From NCBI GenBank assembly GCA_965153285.1, contig OZ229114.1: a stretch of 64,000 nucleotides of DNA, one strand, 5' to 3'. The notes beneath the pieces were generated by a model. It was not told where the DNA came from and made no database searches. It saw nothing but the letters and a program-made list of their open reading frames with translations. Position numbers and translations under genes: made by a program. Of this stretch, positions 58,311-64,000 are shown piece after piece. How positions within the stretch are numbered: the stretch's first letter is position 1; every line of letters starts with the position of its first letter. Source of the stretch: Podarcis tiliguerta (taxonomy: Eukaryota).

Positions 58311-60011
58311 CTTAAAAATCCCTACTTAAAAATCCCTCTGCCTTCTGAAATGAGATTAGTGATGACAGAAGAAAGGGGTCCCACCCCCTTCCCTGGTCCT
58401 TCTGGCAGCCCACACATCGTATGTTCTCCCCAGAGAGCCTTGCCTAGTACTGAATTAGATGTCCTTCCCACACCAGATATTTTTATTTAGTCAGCCTTTC
58501 CAACATGGCAGCTGGTTTTAATCCAATAAATTTTATTGGTTGCTGCTAGTTTTTATTACTCTCTTTAGGTTTTTTACAGTTCCATCCTTGTTAAGTGATA
58601 TCTATAGCTATCTGAAATTGTTTTAACGACTATTATGAGCCACCCTGGAAGTTTTGTTAAACTGCAAGTGGCATAGACATTTTTTTGGGGGGGGGGGAAA
58701 TCCCCACAGATGGCTGGATTATTAGTGTTCCACCGGGTTTCTCATTGTTTCGGTATATCTGTGTTCTCTTCAGATATCACATGGACCAGAGATGAATGAA
58801 AGTGTTGGTTCTGGCTTCTCTCCATTTCTTGTTTTTCCAGTTTTCAGTTCTCCACATATAGCACACATTTGAATTTTTTTAAAAAGTCCTAATGAAAATT
58901 CGGTAACATTTTACTGCACATTTCTCCTAATAGGCACATTGTTTTATGCAATTTTTCCTCGTATACACATTTTTTTCAAAGCAATTTCTGTAATATAATG
59001 CACTTTCATATAACCTTCTCACCAATACATGTATTTATATGCACACTTTAACTTAGTATAAGCATTTTGTGCACATTACTTGGCTAGAGAACTGTAATGC
59101 ACAAACTGGTGAAGTGTGAATTTCAAAGGTGAATTTTCACATTTTGTTTCGGGAAATTTCTGCAAGTTTGCCTTGAAATGGTAACTGAATCCAATTTCTG
59201 CCCCATCCCTACTCTTGACTCATCTTTCTTGCCTTAGAAGTTTCTGTGTCTTTCTCTCTGTGATTTTTGCTATGGAAATCTCTGGCTATCAGATTGGCTT
59301 TGGCTTTGTAGGCTTATTATCAGCTTTTATCTTGTCCATAATTTGTGGGCATGGAACACTCAGATCCTCCTCCCCAAAGGCTGAGTTATCTTGAACCAGA
59401 TGCTTCTCTGCTCCGGTCGGCTTCTTTTCACAAGTTAGTTTTAAAGGAAGGGAAAATAGAATTTTATCTCTCACTCAATCGTGTCTCCCTGTCCCAGCCA
59501 CACACGGTATTATGTATCTGTTGCAATGTCTGCTCATGAAAGCCTGCTGATCTATCTGAGAAAATGGCTAAAAATTATCGCCAGCAACCCAGAAATGAAC
59601 AGAAGCTGTTCCGTGTTTGCATCTGCTGTTTATCTGGAAATGCTACAAGAGAGAGGGAAAGCCAAAGCATTCCTAGCAGATTAGTACCACGGTTTCCATC
59701 AGTGTGATTCCCTCAGGGTCTGTTCTGAAGTTGGTTTGATCTTTATGCAGAGCTTTGCATACTCCAGAGTTTTATGAGGCCTGCACAGAACATGGCTGAT
59801 GAATGTCACAGAAACTCTTAACGCAGACCACTTTTTATCAATATCTCACCTCACAGCCTACATAAAATTGTCACGTCCCCTGCCTCAGGGTACCTGTGCT
59901 GGCTTGAAAAGCAGTGAAGGCTGACCCTCTAGGGCAAATGGGGCACTGACCCACCAACCTCAGTCTGCCTTCAGCCACCCCACCTGTCTGCCTTCTTACT
60001 TACAAATAGTC

Positions 60012-60772
60012 TAGAGCATTTCTGGGAAATGATATATAATGAAATGAAAAAGGTATTTAAATATACCTTCCTGAAGAAACCAGAGGCCTTTCTCCTGGGC
60101 ATGGTCGACCAATTGGTGCTAAAGAAGGATAGAACTTTTTTTTATGTACGCCACAACAGCAGCAAGAATACTCATCGCAAAGTATTAGAAGACACAAGAG
60201 CTACCCACCCGGGAAGAATGGCAGATGAAGCTGATGGTCTATGTGGAAATGGCAGAAATGACTGGCAGAATCCGAGACCAGGGAGAAGAGAAGATGGAAG
60301 AAGATTGGAAAAAATTTAAAGTATATTTACAGAAATATTGCAAAATTAATGAATGTTAGAAGAATATTGGAATGAAGTTACATGGTTTTAGCAGAAGTGT
60401 TATTAAGAATTATACAAAAATTAATTGTTAATGCATTAAAGTGGAAAATTTAAAGTTAAACTGTGTTAGGGTAAATAATAGAACAAAAATTGAGAAAGAG
60501 GGAAAGGATTTGTTGAAACAGCTAATTTGAACTAGAATACAAAAAAGGGAGGTGCGAGGAAGTCGAGGAAACAAGCATATGAAAGATAAAGAAATGAAAT
60601 TTGGATGTGTTTTTAAATGTTTTAGTTTTTGTTATTGTTCTGTGGCGTTGTTTTTTCTTTTTATTTTTGATGTATTGTTTGTTAAATTTTTTATTGTTTC
60701 TTCTTTTCTTTTTTATTCTTTTTCTTTTTGTAACTATTAAACATTTAATAAATATTATTTTTAAAAAAGAAA
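60012..60772 (+). mobile_element. L1-clade LINE 3' fragment
   Basis: Frameshifted ORF2 end (FWEMIYNEMKKVFKYTFLKKPEAFLLG...MYATTAARILIAKY.K...PTREEWQMKL), AT/T-rich 3' UTR, AATAAA and A-rich tail near 60747-60772. Confidence 0.8.
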
Positions 60773-61021
60773 GGTCAGTTTCCTCAGAGAATCCAGGGAA
60801 TGTATTTCCACAAGGGGGGAGCCAGGAATCACAAACAAGGAATTCTCAGTATCTTGCCAAGCTATAATTCTCAAAATCGTTTGGGGGCACCAATGAAAGT
60901 TAAAGTGATATTAAACGGGCATGCATTGATAATGCACATCTCCATCCCCATGTATGGCAGAGTCAGCCCATTGCATGCTGAATGGCTATGATAATCTCTT
61001 CAACACAAATAGTGTACTCAC

Positions 61022-61112
61022 AGTGAAGAAACCTTTTCTTCTCCTTCTGCTCCCTACATAAAATCGGGATCCTGTCACAGTCAAAGATGTGGGGAAAACA
61101 GCATCTGTAATC
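61022..61112 (-). CDS. TSPEAR: TSPEAR exon ~4 (laminin-G/TSPN)
   Basis: ccttag acceptor; ITDAVFPTSLTVTGSRFYVGSRRRRKGFFT; gtgagt donor; phase 2 to 0. Confidence 0.92.
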
Positions 61113-61801
61113 CTAAGGTGAATAAAAAGGAAAGCACATATGTATCCAGATAGTTAAGTCATCATCACTGGTAACAGCAGAGGTAAATAGACTTACACCT
61201 TTCATCTGGGCTCTTGATGTGTGCATTCACACATTAAGGGCTGGGGAACCTGAAGTCCATGGGCCTATTGTGGCCCCTCAAGCCTTTCTCTCTGGCCCCT
61301 GAGACTCTCCCCAGGCCAGAATCCTTCCCAGCCACACCTTCTAATGGCCCTACTTCACAATCTCCTTGAGTTCTTTTGCCTGGCTGGAATGTCTTTGAAC
61401 TCTCTGCTGTTGCCTCTTGCTTCCCTGGATGAAGGCTAGAGAGGTGTTTGTGTACATTACTATAAAATGCACATTCATTGCTCCGCCCACTTTTACTCTA
61501 GGCTCCGCCCACCCCTGGAATGTGTCACACACACTCCCCAAATGTTGCCTAGAAGGGAATGCAGGCTGGAAAATGCCCTCTACCCTTGCAGTAAGGTTTA
61601 CCATGAAGACACAGGAAGTTTCTGCTTCACCACCTTTCCTAGTTTGAATAGGAGCAGCAAACCATGGTTCCCCAGCTTGGCATTATGTCCAAGTCAGGGG
61701 TTGTGGTTTGTTTCACTTCAAAGAAGCCATGATGGGACACAAAGATTTGTTCTTAGCTTATCAATCTTGGACAATACATGGTGTCTGGCTCAGACGGTTA
61801 T

Positions 61802-62058
61802 GTGAGCCGGTGTGGTGTAGTGGTTAAGAGCGGTAGTCTCGTAATCTGGAGAACCGGGTTCGCGTCTCCGCTCCTCCACATGCAGCTGCTGGGTGACCTT
61901 GGGCTAGTCACACTTCTTTGAAATCTCTCAGCCTCACTCACCTCACAGAGTGTTTGTTGTGGGGGAGGAAGGGAAAGGAGAATGTTAGCCGCTTTGAGAC
62001 TCCTTAAAGGGAGTGAAAGGCGGGATATCAAATCCAAACTCTTCTTCTCTTCTTCTTC
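61802..62058 (+). mobile_element. tRNA-derived SINE (Squam3-like), copy 2
   Basis: Near-identical to 44833-45087; (CTT)n tail. Confidence 0.85.
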
Positions 62059-62086
62059 CTCTGGGAGTCAGGGAGTAAACCTTTTA

Positions 62087-62454
62087 CAAGCAACTCCCAA
62101 TTCACACAGGGGTTTCGTTCCAAGGCACCTTAAGTGAAATTGCATATACAGTGGTACCTCAGGTTAAGTACTTAATTCGTTCTGGAGGTCCGTTCTTAAC
62201 CTGAAACTGTTCTTAACTTGAAGCACCACTTTAGCTAATGGGGCCTCCTGCTGCCGCCGCGCCGCCAGAGCACGATTTCTGTTTTCATCCTGAAGCAAAG
62301 TTCTTAACCTGAGGTACTATTTCTGGGTTAGCGGAGTCTGTAACCTGAAGCGTATGTAACCCGAGGTACCACTGTATTTGAAAGACCATTGGAAAAGCCT
62401 GTGTGTAGGCAGAGATGTGCACCTATTGAGAGCATGTAAATGGGGAGTCGCCTG
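62087..62454. mobile_element. Older Tigger-like MITE hosting a nested family-A MITE
   Basis: TA flanks; degenerate TIR CAAGCAACTCCCAATTCACA vs reverse complement of TGTAAATGGGGAGTCGCCTG. Confidence 0.6.
62149..62374 (-). mobile_element. Tigger/pogo-type MITE (family A, copy 3, inverted)
   Basis: TA-CAGTGGTACCTC...GAGGTACCACTG-TA; reverse complement of 7050-7275. Confidence 0.88.
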
Positions 62455-62793
62455 TACTATATTTTTGTTTATAACGTTGTGCAAAATAGGGTCACAGTTA
62501 ATCTGCTGTTTCTACAATCCATTTGTGCCTTCAATCCTTCCGGGCGGCTATGACAGGCTAATTGCTCACATGACATTGCATCTTGTTGACCTAGTTGGTT
62601 ACCCACCCTATCTACAATCCCACTTTCATAGTCTGGAGGCCAGACTGGAGTACAGAGCACCATTAGGCAGCGGGTGGGGGCCCCAAATGTAGCCCTTTAG
62701 CCCCTGGGGTTCTCTGCAGGATGCTGGACTAGATGGGCCATTGGCCTGATCCAGCAGGCTTTTCTTACATTCACACACACCCTCCCATAGGCC

Positions 62794-63130
62794 CAGTGGC
62801 ATAGCGTGGGTTGTCAGCACCCGGGGCAAGGCAAGTAATTTGCGCCCCCTAACCCGGGGCAAGGCAAGTAATTTGCGCCCCCCCCCGCTGCACTGTCCCT
62901 CCCCCAGATAGTCCCTCGCTCTCTCTCCGCACCACACCGCACGCCTGGCACCCTCCCCTCCACAGTGGGCGGCGACCCGGCGGCTCGGATCGGATTCGCA
63001 CAGCCAGCACTGCAGTGAGAGAGTGAGTGAGCCAGGTAGGGGCAGAGAGCTGCGAGTGCGAGCGCGCACCCCCCAGATGTTGCGCCCAGTGCGGCCGGCC
63101 CCCCCCTGCACCCCCCACGCTATGCCACTG
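62794..63130 (+). mobile_element. GC-rich hAT MITE (family C, copy 2)
   Basis: Perfect 17-bp TIR CAGTGGCATAGCGTGGG; perfect 8-bp TSD CATAGGCC (62786-62793, 63131-63138). Confidence 0.92.
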
Positions 63131-63373
63131 CATAGGCCGCTCCCTCCTGTGATCATGCTTCTCTCTTGCTTTTCTGGAAGGTGGACGGAGGTGCATGTGT
63201 GCCTGTAGAACACCAGAGGCAGATTTTGGCCAAGACCTGATGAAAAGAGCTCCCACGTTTTGCACAAAGCCTTCAGACTTCCCAGTTCTGGGCAGTGCCA
63301 TTTTCCATGCAGCCCCAACCCAGGGATGGTGGTGGTGGCAAAATTACCCCTGAATTGTACGTGCTTCACGTAC

Positions 63374-63612
63374 ACATCTGTGGGGATGCTGCAGTCCACA
63401 GTGAGAGAGAAGGAGCCTTTAGTTACTGCCAGTACCAGTGTGTGCCACTGATTGTCTGCCAAAAATACGTCCCGGAAGGTGACCCGTGTCTGCCAGCCAT
63501 TGGAAAGCTCTCTGCTCCAGAAGATGAAGTGAATTTTATTCCTCGAATATCGGAGTCCAAGCAGCAGAGTGTCACTGTTTTCCTCCAAAACCGTAAAGAT
63601 GTACTCGTTTCT
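63374..63612 (-). CDS. TSPEAR: TSPEAR exon ~3 (laminin-G/TSPN)
   Basis: tttcag acceptor; RNEYIFTVLEENSDTLLLGLRYSRNKIHFIFWSRELSNGWQTRVTFRDVFLADNQWHTLVLAVTKGSFSLTVDCSIPTD(V), with LADxxWHxL LamG motif; gtacgt donor. Confidence 0.94.
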
Positions 63613-64000
63613 CTGAAAGGACAGTTAAAGGCTGTTAGTCGGAAAGCTTCCCCTGGCTCCTCCCATTTATCAACCTGACTTGTCAAAATATTTTGTAAAA
63701 AAGAAAAGAAAACCTTTAATCCCAAGCATCGGAGGAACAATAAGGTTCATAGAATAAATGTCCTCCAAAACTCATTTTTTTGAAAACACAGTTAAGCTTG
63801 TCAGCCTGAAATACATTATTTTCTTCTACCAGCATATGAATCACTAATTTAATTTTTTGAGCACTCTGGCCCCAGCTTCACAATACATTTAAAGCAGTAT
63901 CACACCACTTTTAACTGTCATGGCTTCCTTCCAAAGAATCCTGGGAAGTGTGGTTTGTTAAGAGTGCTGAGTGTTATTAGGACGACCCTATTTACCTCAG

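Noticed and set aside
62626-63373. C-terminal ~250 aa of the 320-aa minus-strand ORF
   Set aside because: Only 63374-63612 is TSPEAR exon; the rest is intron read-through across a GC-rich hAT MITE.

Overview
Vertebrate genomic DNA from a squamate reptile, probably a lacertid lizard (inferred from Sauria-type and Squam-type SINEs and BovB). It holds the conserved syntenic block TRPM2 (+) -> LRRC3 (+) <- TSPEAR (-). I traced 28 TRPM2 coding exons (equivalent to human exons 5-32, first one partial; stop at 27849), all with GT-AG boundaries and continuous phase. LRRC3 has a CpG-island promoter, a probable non-coding first exon and a single coding exon (35144-35929). Ten TSPEAR exons (equivalent to exons 3-12; stop at 41642) run on the minus strand, and the gene's 5' end lies beyond the window. 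Introns are rich in transposable elements: Tc2/Tigger/hAT/Harbinger-type MITEs, a mariner transposase remnant, BovB, RTE, CR1 and L1 fragments, and several SINE families. The most unusual structure is a Tc2-type non-autonomous DNA transposon in TRPM2 intron 6 (perfect 27-bp TIRs, TA TSD). It carries about 13.4 near-identical, CpG-rich 99-bp units, each built from two palindromes, so the array behaves as an alternating inverted repeat of a ~50-bp monomer. Other leads are a uORF whose stop overlaps the LRRC3 start (ATGA), a YY1 plus double RFX X-box module in TSPEAR intron 9, a solo-LTR-like antisense promoter in the LRRC3 intron, an inverted SINE pair in the last TSPEAR intron, and substitutions at normally conserved TRPM2 residues. 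Exon numbering, repeat family names and human comparisons are from recall, not from database searches.
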